Shown one piece after another: positions 24,197 to 36,420 of a DNA stretch of 64,000 nucleotides. A program made the position numbers and the translations under genes. How positions within the stretch are numbered: the stretch's first letter is position 1; the number at the start of each line of letters is the position of its first letter. This DNA is from Pocillopora damicornis. Its lineage: Eukaryota. Under the pieces are notes generated by a model. The model did no database searches and was not told where the DNA came from. It saw nothing but the letters and a program-made list of their open reading frames with translations. The DNA is taken from NCBI RefSeq assembly GCF_003704095.1, contig NW_020845867.1, positions 930,001-994,000 of the forward strand, in the 5' to 3' direction.

Positions 24197-27100
24197 TCAA
24201 AGCACCAGGTGAACGAACGTCGACATTATCAGAAGCGTAAGAATCGAAGTTACAACTTTTAACTCGCTGCCTGAAGATCCACGTTTTTCAGGACCTAAGA
24301 AAGAAGAGAAAATTGGCTTGGATAAAGTTTTTAACAGTTTGCTTACCTGCTAACGGTTAAGATTGCAGGTCCCTTGTCAAAATTTTTATCTCTTCCTTCC
24401 TCCAACAATTCCTTTTCGCAGCCGTTCTTGGGATGTCAAGAAACGCGTAGAACGTCTTCAAAGGCATCACCTCTTGGCGAAGGAAAATGTCGTCCGAACC
24501 AATTCCCGAAGAGTGGTGCTCTACGATTTTATTTCAGTCATAGCTTATTGCAGCAATACCAATAAAAAGAACCTATTTCGCAAGTCAACCAACCCTGAGC
24601 TTTGCTCATTAAGGAAATTATATTTGTCTCAGTAAAGACCGTGGTTTGCTCGAAAATATGCAAAGCCTCGCAAAACGTAGCTTCCTGGAACGGAGGCAAT
24701 TTCAGATACCGATCAGAATAAACGTAAACAAAATGATAAATCAATGCAACGAGAGCTAAACACAGATCGCTGGTGGCCGAGGCTTTTACACAATCAGTCA
24801 TTATTTATCGCTTTGCAGGGGTGAAGGGGGGTGGAAGATATTGGGGTCGATGACATGGTTTCAGCTGAAACCGAGGGAGAACCAGTCGTTGCCTAAAGGC
24901 TATAAAAGGGGACCATGGGAAATTGACCACTAATGAGGAAGGGGGGAGGGATGGGGATCATGAGAATATTGCAGAGCCTTATGGGGGACACGTGACATAA
25001 CCAAACTCCTTCGAACCCCACCCCACTGGCGATAAATAATGACCGATCCCTAATTCGAACAGGCCTTGGATATGCCACGTATTTCCTTACATGCAACAGT
25101 AGTATTGAGAGAAATACTTCTCCACTCTCCACCGCCAAGTGCATTGTTAGAATTCAATCGAACCTCGTATTCAGTTTTCTTTTTAAGATTTGTAAAGCTC
25201 TTGGAGCGACTTAAATTTGTTAAAGATTCCGATGCAACTGATTCGCCTCCATTCAAAAGTTTGACGGTGTAGCCTGTCACGGGGCTTCCGCCATCCTTGA
25301 GAGACGCCTCCCACGTGACCTCTACACTGTCACACGTCGATGAAGCTTGCACGTTATTTGGAGGCTCAGGAGGACCTGGAACGGAAAGATAGCAAATGCC
25401 CCACTTTTAGAATGCGACTTCCCTTAGCAAGCAAAATGAAGCAAAACAATTTCACTTGAAAACATATGCATTTTGATGCGTTTGTGTCTACCGTCTATCG
25501 TCCACTCTGAAAACCTAAAAATGCAGATGCAGGCGAAAATACATGACGCCTTTTCTTCTCAAAATTTTCAAAGCCTCCGTTTTCATTTCTCTACGAAGCC
25601 TTAAATAGAAGTGTGTATCTAAAACACTCTACTTTTGAAACAAAGGTTTGAAAAATTTCAGTTAAACTTTTTTCAAGCTGCGCAAACTGTAAAGTGATAT
25701 CCTTTGATGTCAACAAGTGAAATCGAGGCAAAACTGGCGGCAAAACAGGCGGCAGTTCGGTCCCCGTTTTCTTTTTTCTTTTTTCTTTTTAAGAATTTAA
25801 ACTCACCTCTTTCGTAAACCTCAATGTAATGTGTTACTGTACCCATCTTATTTTCAGCCACACAGCTGTAAAATCCAAAGTCCCTTGGTTTTGTAACACG
25901 AAACTTGTAGGAAACAAACCCGGATGCGTTGGAAATGCTATTCAAATTAACACCAGCGAATTGGAACTTTAATTCGGGAACTGGAAATCCATCAAATTTA
26001 CATTTCAGTGTTATTTCCTTATTACTGTCTAATGATGAAAATATCGTTCCGTGCGTGGAGCTTTCACTGATCAAAACGGGGCTATCTGCAAACAAAAAAA
26101 GAGGGCTATCATTAGGTTTGATACTCGATTAATGTAATCTCACTGGTGTCCCTGGTGTCCCTCGTCTAGACTACAACACTCTTTGATTGGTCTATAATAA
26201 TCGCCCCATACTCTCTCAGTCATTCATTCAGACTTGTTCACCTGCGTTTTGCGACACTTCTGTCCAGGCGCTTTACATTTGCACGGAGAAAGAAAGCAAT
26301 GACTTATCATCTGGAAAAGGTATACTTTTTGAGGTATTCCTCCTTTCTTTCTCTTACCGAATGCAATTACTTGTAGCGCTTGCGCACGTTCCGCCATGAA
26401 AAACACAGTATTGCAGATTTCCGCCGTTTTTTTTCGGTTGAATGAGCGCATGCTCATTTTCCGAGCGCCCAAGAGACCCAAGAGCATAAATGGGTACTAG
26501 TAAATAGGTAAATAGTAAGGAAAACCTTACTAAATTCACCTGCGATAGACTGGCATATCTTCCGGGGTAGAGGTGAGTCACAGTACTCCTTCCCGCTCTA
26601 TTCAACGGAAACGAAACGGGATAAGCTCCATCAGCATGGGCTTTTAAATCATTGTCCCTTGAGCTGACTGACCCTTAAAGATCTAAGTCAAGATCAATCG
26701 CAGGGAGCATGGGTCCTAGATTACATTTAAGTCGTTACTTCGTCCCTCTACCCTCATAATACTTACATTCGACATTCAGCCGGATTTGCGTCTTGTTCCT
26801 AGTCCCTCTACATTCGTAGGTTCCTCGGTCTGCCTTGTTGACCCTAGGGATCTCTAAGTACTTCAAACTTCCACTTGATCTTACGTGGACTCTTGCTGAC
26901 GGGTCATTAGTTATCTTCTTTCCGCTGGATGTAAACCAACCTGTAAGAGCCTCGTCTGTCGCAGAACAATTTATACTTAATTCGCCACCCTCGGGTATGG
27001 TATAATTCCCTTTGGGAACATGGACAGTGCCATCTGAAGACGAGGAAAATAACTTTTAATTTTAAGAATCAATAACTTTTTTGTTGTGTGAGGCTCAGAA

Positions 27101-28403
27101 AAGCACTTTGTAATCCTAAGTAGTATTGCTCACAAGGTTTCAAATGTTGGACAAAAAATCACGTAAAATAGTTGTTTTTACTGCGGTAATTTAGTTCTCT
27201 ACCCACAAAGACTGCGGGCGTTTCAAGGACGTCTCGCGATTGAGGCTCAGAGTTCATCTTCTGGAGAGAGACAGGAAGCCTAAACAATAAGGGTTCGCCT
27301 GGGAAGTAACTTATCAGGTGATGAGTGACAAAGATTAATCGCGCTGTTTTTTCTGTGTCCGGTTGAAATGCCATGCATTAGCATGCCATCTGAGGCGTAA
27401 TCGACAGACGAGCGTTTGCTGGTGTGTTAAGCGGTTAGGTTCACTGGGCTGCAGTTTTCAGTTTAAAATCAAACACAATACTAGCAGCCGTTTATCGTTG
27501 CTTTAAACACTCATGCAAAATTGAGCGCAAGCACCACTCGCGTTGGCTTACGCCCCCTCCAGGTAGGCTACATGCCTAACCTTTGCTCCTTCTCAGATGT
27601 GATACGTGATTGTTGATGTACACGAATGACGCTTCAAGACCGTAGCTTGTACCAACGAATCATGTGACAAGAGCTCTTTCCGAGTGGTTTCCGACGCGGA
27701 TCTGATGTTAGATTTTGTGTCGTGGTTAGACTACGATCAGCCTCTCTTTTGCAGCTTCACGTGCGAGTGTAAAGAAATCCACAAAACCTTAACCTCCTCG
27801 CCCCTTCGCGTGGAGCTTACTTATATTCTTCAGTCATTCTTTAGACTCGGGCAAGGGACGAAAGAAAAAAAGACGGATTGATCGTAGACAAATGAACAAA
27901 TGTCAAATGGAACTAGGCGTAGGTGAAGTTTCAATTATTGCGTGACATACTTTGTCCCGGCCTACCCTTCAATAATGAATTGCATCCTTTAGTTCGAATC
28001 CATTGGGCCAAGATCATATGCCAAAATAATCTGACTGAACTTGTTTTGAGCGAAGTCGCATTTTTAATCAATATTTTGAAACAAAATGACAACATTTCCC
28101 TCCACTGATCAAGTCTTGCATTTCATCTGTGTATTTCATCAGTACAAGAGAAAAACTGAGTTCTTGAACTATTTTCAAACGCATTAATTTCCTTTCTTAA
28201 TCTCAGCTAATCGGGGTAGCTTTAAGCTTACAAACCACGAGAAAAAGGGACTTAAACACAGCGAAACATTCTCGCAAGGCATTTGTCAATATTTTAAAAA
28301 ATTTATAACCAAAACATCCGTCAAACTTACCACAAATGGATGTCCATTGCAGCGAAATCAACTGAACTAGTGCCACTAATATTTTGAACAGGATCTCAGT
28401 CAT
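24197..28403 (-). CDS. Short NCAM-like paralogue: signal peptide, 2 Ig, 1 FN3, predicted GPI-anchor signal (333 aa)
   Basis: Exons 28403-28331 (MTEILFKILVALVQLISLQWTSIC), 27033-26767 (Ig: INC...GWFTSSGKK...GTYECRG), 26085-25807 (Ig: LKC...DFGFYSCVAENKMG), 25375-25091 (FN3), 24294-24197 (CPEKRGSSGSELKVVTSILTLLIMSTFVHLVL-stop). All introns are phase-1 GT-AG; 1002 nt in frame. Confidence 0.88.
24790..25053 (+). mobile_element. G-rich interspersed repeat (second copy at ~31880-32117)
   Basis: Both copies share cagtca(t/g)...atttatc, gga...cag...gtcg, attgac, gtgaca(t/c)aaccaaa and tgac(c/t)ga(t/c)ccct. Confidence 0.55.
26480..26642 (+). mobile_element. 3' fragment of the tRNA-derived SINE also found at 47229-47511
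   Basis: ataaatgggtact...gatagactggcat...aaacgggataagct matches the distal part of the longer copy. Confidence 0.5.
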
Positions 28404-29400
28404 CTTTTACCCTAGAAAAGAAATAGGAGAATACTTTGACACGGTTCACGTAACTTTGTGGCAATATCTCGGATGTAAAACGTTGCACAATTTGTAAAGG
28501 TGTCAGAACGCTTGGCATACTACTTATGACGTCGGCATAATATTGCATGTTGAATGAAGTACCCTCGGAAATCTTGTCTCGCTTTGCTCCGTGAACTCTA
28601 AAAATTCCTTTGTAGTGATAGACACCTTTTGCCGGAAAAATATCACACTCAATTTACGTCAATTGAGGACAAAGAAATAACAAGTGATTTGTTCTTGGTG
28701 AATAAACTCCTTTTTAAAAGGTTCATTGATCTCGTACCTATTTTCGCTTCTGCCCACAGCGTCTAGATTAATATTGCTGTTATATTTCGTTGCTGATGAG
28801 TTGGCCCGCATCCTAAAACGTCTAAATGTAGGTTTGAAATACGATACTTTAATTTTTTACTCAGATCGTAACTGTGCTCGTTTCATGTTTTAACTGTTGA
28901 CTGATTTAAAAATCATTCAGCCGTTCGAATAGTGTCATGTCACTTTGTCATGCTGGAAACACAATTGTATTCTTTGGAAAACAGTTGATGCAATTTACTC
29001 GCGGATTTTTCTTTTCCAAATCGGTGATGAGATCTTCTCTTCGTTAGATGACTCCAATGACATAATTACTATCAACATATGTCCATAAAAGGTCTCGAGG
29101 AAACCCTGCCCGATAATCCTAATCCTCTTAACAACTGAAAGTGATCATTTGAGAATCATCCCCCATCTACCACCCAAGTGAATAACAAAACATGAAAGGA
29201 TCACTGTCAGGTACAAAAACTTCCCTTCTGAAAATGAGCTGAAACTGGTTGGAAAGGTCTTGAACGGGGAAATCTGAACAAGAAGTAACTGCCAAACCTA
29301 AAACACCATGATGAAGTTTACAAAGCACTTCCGATTTGGTAAATGACATGGCAGCCGAACTCATAAACGAGTTTTATTCTTTAGTAAAAGAGCTAAAAAA

Positions 29401-29420
29401 AGAGAGAGAGAGAGAGAGAG
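29401..29420. repeat. (AG)n microsatellite
   Basis: 10 perfect AG units. Confidence 0.9.
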
Positions 29421-29920
29421 AAGAAAAGAAAGAGAAAATCTTGCATATTATTTTGATATAAAAATCGCCTCGTAATGGGATACTTAGATTAATAAACGAA
29501 CAAATCTAGATCTTATTTGGAAGCATTTTTTTTGTATCAATACTTCTTGTGTTTGCGGTAACATTTTCCGCTTGTTGAAGTCATGATAACTTAACAGTAA
29601 ACTAATTTTGTCTCGCTTTTTATTTGAATCTTCCTTGATAAAAATTCCGATGTAAGCGATTCAAGTAGCTACTGCTATAACAGTTGGAAACCAAGAGAAT
29701 ATCAGTTGTTACCATGCAACTGCACAAAGTAAAGTACAAATAATGCGCGAATTGAGTACAAAATATCCAGCGAAATTTTAAGGTTATTTGGACAGTTGGT
29801 TATTTTGTACTGTAAAAAAAACCTGTTTAAGCAGTCGGCTGCGCGCGCTACGCTTCTCTATCCGCTTTGCTTTTCCCGCCTTATGAGAAATGAGCAGAAA
29901 GACTCAGCAGTTGGATACTA

Positions 29921-30000
29921 AATATCTTATTAGAAGTTTTGGTGTGTAGTATCGCTGAATATTTTTACTCGTTGTTTGTATCGGGCTCATCAAATTACAA

Positions 30001-30032
<32 letters not shown>

Positions 30033-30058
30033 CACAAAAACGTCTGATAAGATTTATT
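29921..30058. repeat. Foldback (inverted repeat) element
   Basis: tcttattagaagttttggtgtgtagtatcgctgaatatttttac pairs with gtaaaaatactcagcgatactacacacaaaaacgtctgataaga; arms about 45 bp. Confidence 0.8.
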
Positions 30059-31879
30059 TATTCTCCTGTCTGTCTGCCGTATCATCCTTATTTGTTTGTT
30101 GAGAGAATTTGGTAGTGGATCAACTAATCATGCCCTCATTGATATTTTTCTTTATTCTCATCACTTGTCCGCTTGATATTGTATTGACATTATAATGAGA
30201 AATTCAGAGAAACCACAATCTATTAAAATTCTTAATCCAGAACAGCTTGGCAAAATGAAGAGATTTTTCTTAACAGGGTCAAGGTTTTAAGTCTGATCGA
30301 CATACTCAACCCAAATTTCTCTCAAACGCTCACCCCTCTACCTCTTGATTTATTTATTTATTTATTTATACCCTCATGTCGAAAGTGTTAACGCTCTAAA
30401 ATTCAAACAAAAACAATTATTTATTTTTTCTCCCATAGCCACCAAAGTTTAAAGATGTTTGATGACTAACACTTTTCCTTACAAGGCAGAAGAGATATGC
30501 ATCAGAATGAATTTCTTAAGGGCGCCATAAGAAACCAATGCACGCTAAGTAACAGATGCTAAACTTTGATAGACGCATCAACGCCGAAATAAATTTCGAT
30601 CAATCGATTACAATTTCCGTGGGCGGCGAATCAAAGGAAAATTAACGTTTGCATATCTTTTTTTAAGGGGTTTTTGTTTCGTGTTATCTGTTGCATCAAC
30701 AATTTCAGTCAGCTTTGTTAATGTGGTTAGAGTTTTAAGCGTGGCTATTGAGAGAGTGGATACAAACTTACCTTTTGAAATCTTTGGGGCGAAATGACAC
30801 CATTTAAATCGGTTTTCGCCAAGTTATCCCTCAGTCACTTTGTATCTGCGCCATTGATTCCACATCTAAAGATAAGTAAATCCGTTATTGATATGTTCTG
30901 ATTTTCATAATTTCATGATAAGCAAAAACGGAGCAGAAGACCTTCGTGATGCCATTAAAAACTCGGTGTGTTTATCACCGGGTGTTATCACTAGTTATCA
31001 GCTGCCCTTATAGAGAGATAACAGGTACCCTTGTGGGAACCTGCGCGATGGTTAGAAATGCACCGGGTGATACCGCGTCGTATCGCACGCTGAGAAGAAA
31101 GCTGCCTAGTTGTATTTTTGTTGATAACATTTAACCTGTGCTAAGTTCGATAAAAGACTGTTTGTTGATGTTTCTTGTTTCCGCCCTTGTTATGTTTATA
31201 CCGGACTAATTGAATCAAATGAATTGTCATTGCATTTCAGCATTCTTGTGTACCTGATGTTTTAACTAAAAAAACCACAGTGGCGCTAATTGATGTCAAG
31301 TACAGTGACCCCTAGACATTTTGCTTTGGCTTTCCCTGGAACTTGTCACATCCCATTCGAGGCTTGGATGGATCGAGTCGAGGAAGGAGAGTGAGAGAGG
31401 GGCTGTAGTCATCCCAACCTGATTCCATTCTACATAACATCTATCTTGTCTCTGTGCTCGTATGTCTTTGAGCGAATTTTTCTGAAAAAGCTTCCGATTG
31501 TCTCGGATTTGATAATATTTCGAGCCTCTTTAATGCCTCTTGATGAGATAGTAACCTTCGCCGTCTACTGTTGTAATCGTTAGCTTTGATGGATGTTTAT
31601 GTCTCTCAAATTGACCTGCACACAGGTAGCACTTCATAGTGTCCACAGCTTTTCTATGGGATGTCATGTTGCGTTACATTTCGAGGAACCGTTCTAAGGG
31701 AGATGGCATCAGGGTTCAGTCAACACCCTTTTTTGCTGTGAGTCTACTTTATGTCAAAATTTCTCCTTATCCTGATAGAGGTGAAGATGAGTTAATTGGT
31801 CCCACCTCATTTCCCATCCCACAGAATCACAGTCGAGAGTAGTTCGGTTAACATTGAGTTCTATTTGCAGTCACCCAGG

Positions 31880-32117
31880 CTTAGAGACCAGTCAGCATTT
31901 ATCACGGGGGGGGGGGGGGGGGGGGGGAGGGGGTTTCCGGGGGAACGGAGGGAGGATCAGATGTCGCCAATAGAGTATAGAGGAGATAGAGGAGTGACTG
32001 TATAAGATTGACTCCCAATAAACTGATAACTAAGGGGGGATCAAGTGAACCTTTTTTGTGTCACAACCAAAATCCACCAACCCCTACCCCCAGGTGATGA
32101 TGATGACTGACCCCTTA
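31880..32117 (+). mobile_element. G-rich interspersed repeat (same family as 24790-25053)
   Basis: Ends tagagaccagtca and tgactgacccctta, with an internal poly-G run. Confidence 0.55.
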
Positions 32118-35100
32118 TGCCCCATGCCATCAAGAGCAATTATTCTTTTTTGCTACACCCCCAAACACAATAAGTTGGGGCACTTATCCAGAGCCATGCC
32201 TCAAGGGTGATGTTCTTTCGCCTCTTCCCCTTCAAATGCTGTCAATTGCCAATGTGTCCATGCCATCCTGCGGACTAACATTCAGAGGGACAGGGGAGGG
32301 CAGCAGGTGCCCTTAAAAAATTTGCCTTGGAGTAGAGGCTTTCGCAAACAATTAAACAATAGTTCTCGCTAATGGTTTGTAAACTGTCAGAATTTAATTG
32401 TTTACTGGGTGATAAAGTGACAGAATAAGACGATAGGTCGTCGTGGTGTAAAAATAAAAGACAAGAGAACGTGAAAAAAGGAAATTTCTAGCAAGGTCGA
32501 TCGCGCGCTATCGCCTCAGGAAAAATGCCAAGCGGGTATGTCAAGCTGCGATTCTCCCAAGAAACCGAAAATATATTTCAGCTTTCGATACAAAATTTCT
32601 AAAAGTCGTTTAGTTAAAGTTTACTATTAGTAACAACATCTTTGCGTACTTTTTAATCTTCCAGCACAACTAAACACGAGGGGAAAAGTTATTGTTTTTT
32701 TTAGGCTCTACCCACTTGATACAATATTTTATCAAAAACTGCGATATCGATTATTCTTTTGAATGATAGTGAGCCCGAAAGTACCTTTAATTATGCGACA
32801 AATTGCTTAGGGTCAAAAAATAGTCGTTAGCAAATTAACATACATGGCAGGATTTGCATAAACTATGCTGGCTTTAAACCATACTCTGTTTTAATAGCAA
32901 TTAGAAAATCCACTTGCATGGTTTACCGGATATACCATTGTATTACCCAACATTTCAACCATTGTTTTATGATAGAGATTTTACTTCCTCGAGTTTTCAA
33001 AGTGGAACGCGCAATTAGGATATTCGCGAAAAAAACGTTGACAAGTTTGATAATGAATCAAAACGGTCGGTCAGGAGAATGGTGGTTGGCAGTCCATCTG
33101 CATGAAACCGAACCACGTCTAGTACATCGCTTTTGAAAATAATTTCTCATACGAAAACAAAAACGCTTTCTTTATTGTACATTTTTTCTTGAAAAACACT
33201 TTAAAAAGTCAGCCAATATATATCTTGTTGCGAAAAAACTAATGAAAATACTGCACCGGATTTGAATATTTTCCAGCTCTTGCTCCGACAACATACTTAC
33301 ATCGAAAATTCTACGGATTCTGAAACATTTCTGAAACATTTCTGAAACCTCGAATCCGTTAAAATTTGATTGAAGAATATTTCCATACTTTAAAATTTTG
33401 CGTGCTTAGCCCAGACAAACGGTAAAATATTTACCCGCTAAATATCACATGTACACTGTTATTAGAGGTGTCATTATGTTGGCAAGCCCTCCACCCATTA
33501 TTTTTACAACAAATTACACTATTAATTTTCGAGTTTACGATTTGGCGACGTGAAAATTGGGATTTTTAGAACACGAGTTAAGACGTTATTCCATATTTCA
33601 ATTAAAAGGATAGTGCACGATTGTCTGTCTTATTGGATGCAAACTTGTACTTCTCAGACATTTCAGTGACATTTTAAAATTTTCTCTTTCGATTATCAAC
33701 TCTGTTTTTTTTTTTTTGCTCTCTACTTCACGCTCGACTAAACAGGAGCAAAATCTAAAATACATTCACCTGTTACCTTAGTTTCCTACTGACTACTTAA
33801 ATGATATGCGTATGCTACGCGATTCTTGTATTGTCCAAGCAAGCCCTCCTACTAAAAATATGCCTTAATCGTAAAGAGCATTTTGAAACATTTCGCAAAT
33901 TTAGATCTCTCCAAATTTTAGTTAAATAGATCCTTAATTTGAAATTTGCGTGAATATCGAGCCCAAACATGCGTTAAAATATTCATTCGCTAACTGATCC
34001 TGTTGATTGATATAATAAATATCATATCCAGGTTGTATGCTTCACTTGCACTAATAATTATCCTCGATAATAAGACAGAACTCACCAAGCCACAAAAATA
34101 AAGGCAAAAGCTCTATAGTTTCACTCACCATGAGCACTCAGTGGTTAATTTCACTGAAACTTGGAACACGATTTATTCCGATGCACTTGCAATTTAGGAG
34201 TAACGCGAGAAATATCAACTTGCTGGTTGGTTATATATTTAAATAATTTTCCCGGCCGGCCCTTCTGCTAAAGTTCTCGAAGGTTCATTTGCATATGAAT
34301 TGATTCGTGTGCGCATATTTTTGAGCAGCGAAAAGAGTGTTCGTTCTTAATTCTCTACCTCCAATATTTGTCAAGGCAACCCAATTTCGTAAATTGGGAT
34401 AGGAACGGAGAAATTTTGGAAACGGTACATTTCGTCGCGTGTTTGGTAAACTATTTCTTTCCTATTGGAAAATTTCACTTCAATTTTCTGTTCTGAGTTA
34501 TGCATAGAAAAATGTTTTAGCGCTTACAACTGATTATCAATTTCATAATACAGCTAAAATACAATTAATAATTTTCTAATCAGTGCTTCAACCTTCGTAT
34601 GATGAAGCGAGTCAGTTCACTTTCCCCTCCCACAATACACTTGGAAGCTTTCCTTGCATGACCACAGGGATCTCACACAAACGGTGCGCCCGTTCGATTA
34701 TTTGTATTTGGGGAGAAGTATGGGATTTATTCATAACACTCGTTTTATACCAATCAATACGCAAAATTCACATCTTAATCGAGAATATTCAACGCGAAAA
34801 CCAACGACTGATCAAGTTTCCAGCTACTCAAATGTACAAACGGTAACATCAGTAGTGTGGGTTTCCTGTGGTTTGACGAGGAAAAAAAGGGCCTCAATGA
34901 AGAGCGGGTTGGATATTCGCATCCAGTCCCTCCTCATATTTTAGCACTTTGTTTAATTTCAAGTAAAAATTGCTTCATACGAGAGTATAAATATTTTTTT
35001 GCCAATGCGACAATTGCAAGCTTTTTCCCGCATTTCGCTCCTAGATTTTGATGGGTCCTACACTAGAGCTTGCTAAGAATTTTGATGACTTTTTAATTTC

Positions 35101-36179
35101 TTGTTAAATGGACGGTTGGCGTTTAAAATTTGCCATCCAAGGATGAGCTTTGAACAGACGCGCGATTAACATTAGCTTTGCGTTTGACTGGTTGAGAGAA
35201 AGTGGCGTGACGTTGAAAGACCAACCAAAAAGCAGATACGAAGTAGGAAACCATTACTTTGGACTCTTCTCTACGAGACAAACACGAGACCAAAACGGTT
35301 AACCCGATGACTGGTCCTGATTGGTCGAATTTTGTACGTCTTCCACTTATGATGTGAACAAAAGCATGCAGGAGAAAGAAAAGACAATTATTTAACCTCG
35401 CCATAACTTAGTTTTTGCCAGTTACACATATGTTTCGGACTGAACCTTTCATTACTGTAAAATAATAGCACTAAGTTCAAATTTTATTGGCCAAGACGTG
35501 CGCTAATTTATCATAATCATTTTGGTCCACTTTTCAAACATCTACAGCTGGGTATGTAGATGTAAACATTCTGAAATCCTTCTTAACGTAGATTTTTATC
35601 TTCTTAGAAAGGAAAAAGAAAACCAATTTTCGATTATAATACCGCAAGATCTTGGCTATTATCGTCGTATGCTTACTGAAAACAAAACAAATTTGGAACT
35701 AAGAATGACAAATGTTGTCCCTAACAATATTTTAGTACACAGAGATTATAACAGAGCATGACTCTCAACCAAATTAGCGTACTTGTTAGCATTTAGAAGA
35801 TATATTTTGAAGAAAAGACCAGTTTGACTCTCCTGGGAGTTCTCCAGTTATAAGTCAGTTTCAAACGCCGTGCTTTATTGATACACACGATTACTCAGCC
35901 ATACTAAAATTAAACGACTACAACAGACATTCAATTGAAAAGCCTCGACATTATTCAAAATGATGCATAACTAAATTCATTAATTATTTCAATTCGAAAC
36001 CTCAGACTCAGGATAAAATATTCTACATGCAGTTTAAATTTACTGTAAATATTTTTAAAAATTCGTCTCTCGTTAGCCTGATAAAAATATCACTGAAAGT
36101 TTGCGTATGTCTGTGGTAAACAGAAGAAAATTTAATTCGACGAGGCAGGTAGTTCAACGAGGAACTAGAATTGTATCTT

Positions 36180-36420
36180 CTGTCATGTTTCGTTGTATTA
36201 GATTTAATTTTACGGACCCTGCTGTTGTTGTGGTAGATATGCAAGCTTTGGCAGTTTTTTTTAACCATACAGTAAAGAAAGAATATGAGCGAAATCGTCG
36301 AGAAGACAGCCTTGTAAAATACAAAACAAACGGGCGAAATCAAACAGTTTGTTGATTGAGATATGAAGTATTGTTAAAAGCAGTTAAAATGAAGTACAGT
36401 TTGCTTTCTTTTCTCTCAGT
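36180..36420 (+). repeat. Interspersed repeat with a second copy in an ARCN1 intron (~42500-42725)
   Basis: Both copies read gttgtggtagatatgcaa...gcagttt...ttaaccatac...aagaaag...gagaagacagccttgta. Confidence 0.7.

Noticed and set aside
24346-24520. Extra exon of gene 3 ending at a strong donor (cag|gtaagc)
   Set aside because: Splicing from FN3-1 gives an immediate TAG, the frame has no FN3 or TM character, and the following intron would be only about 51 nt.
31905-31933. Poly-G run as a functional G-quadruplex
   Set aside because: It lies inside a dispersed repeat, and homopolymer length is unreliable.
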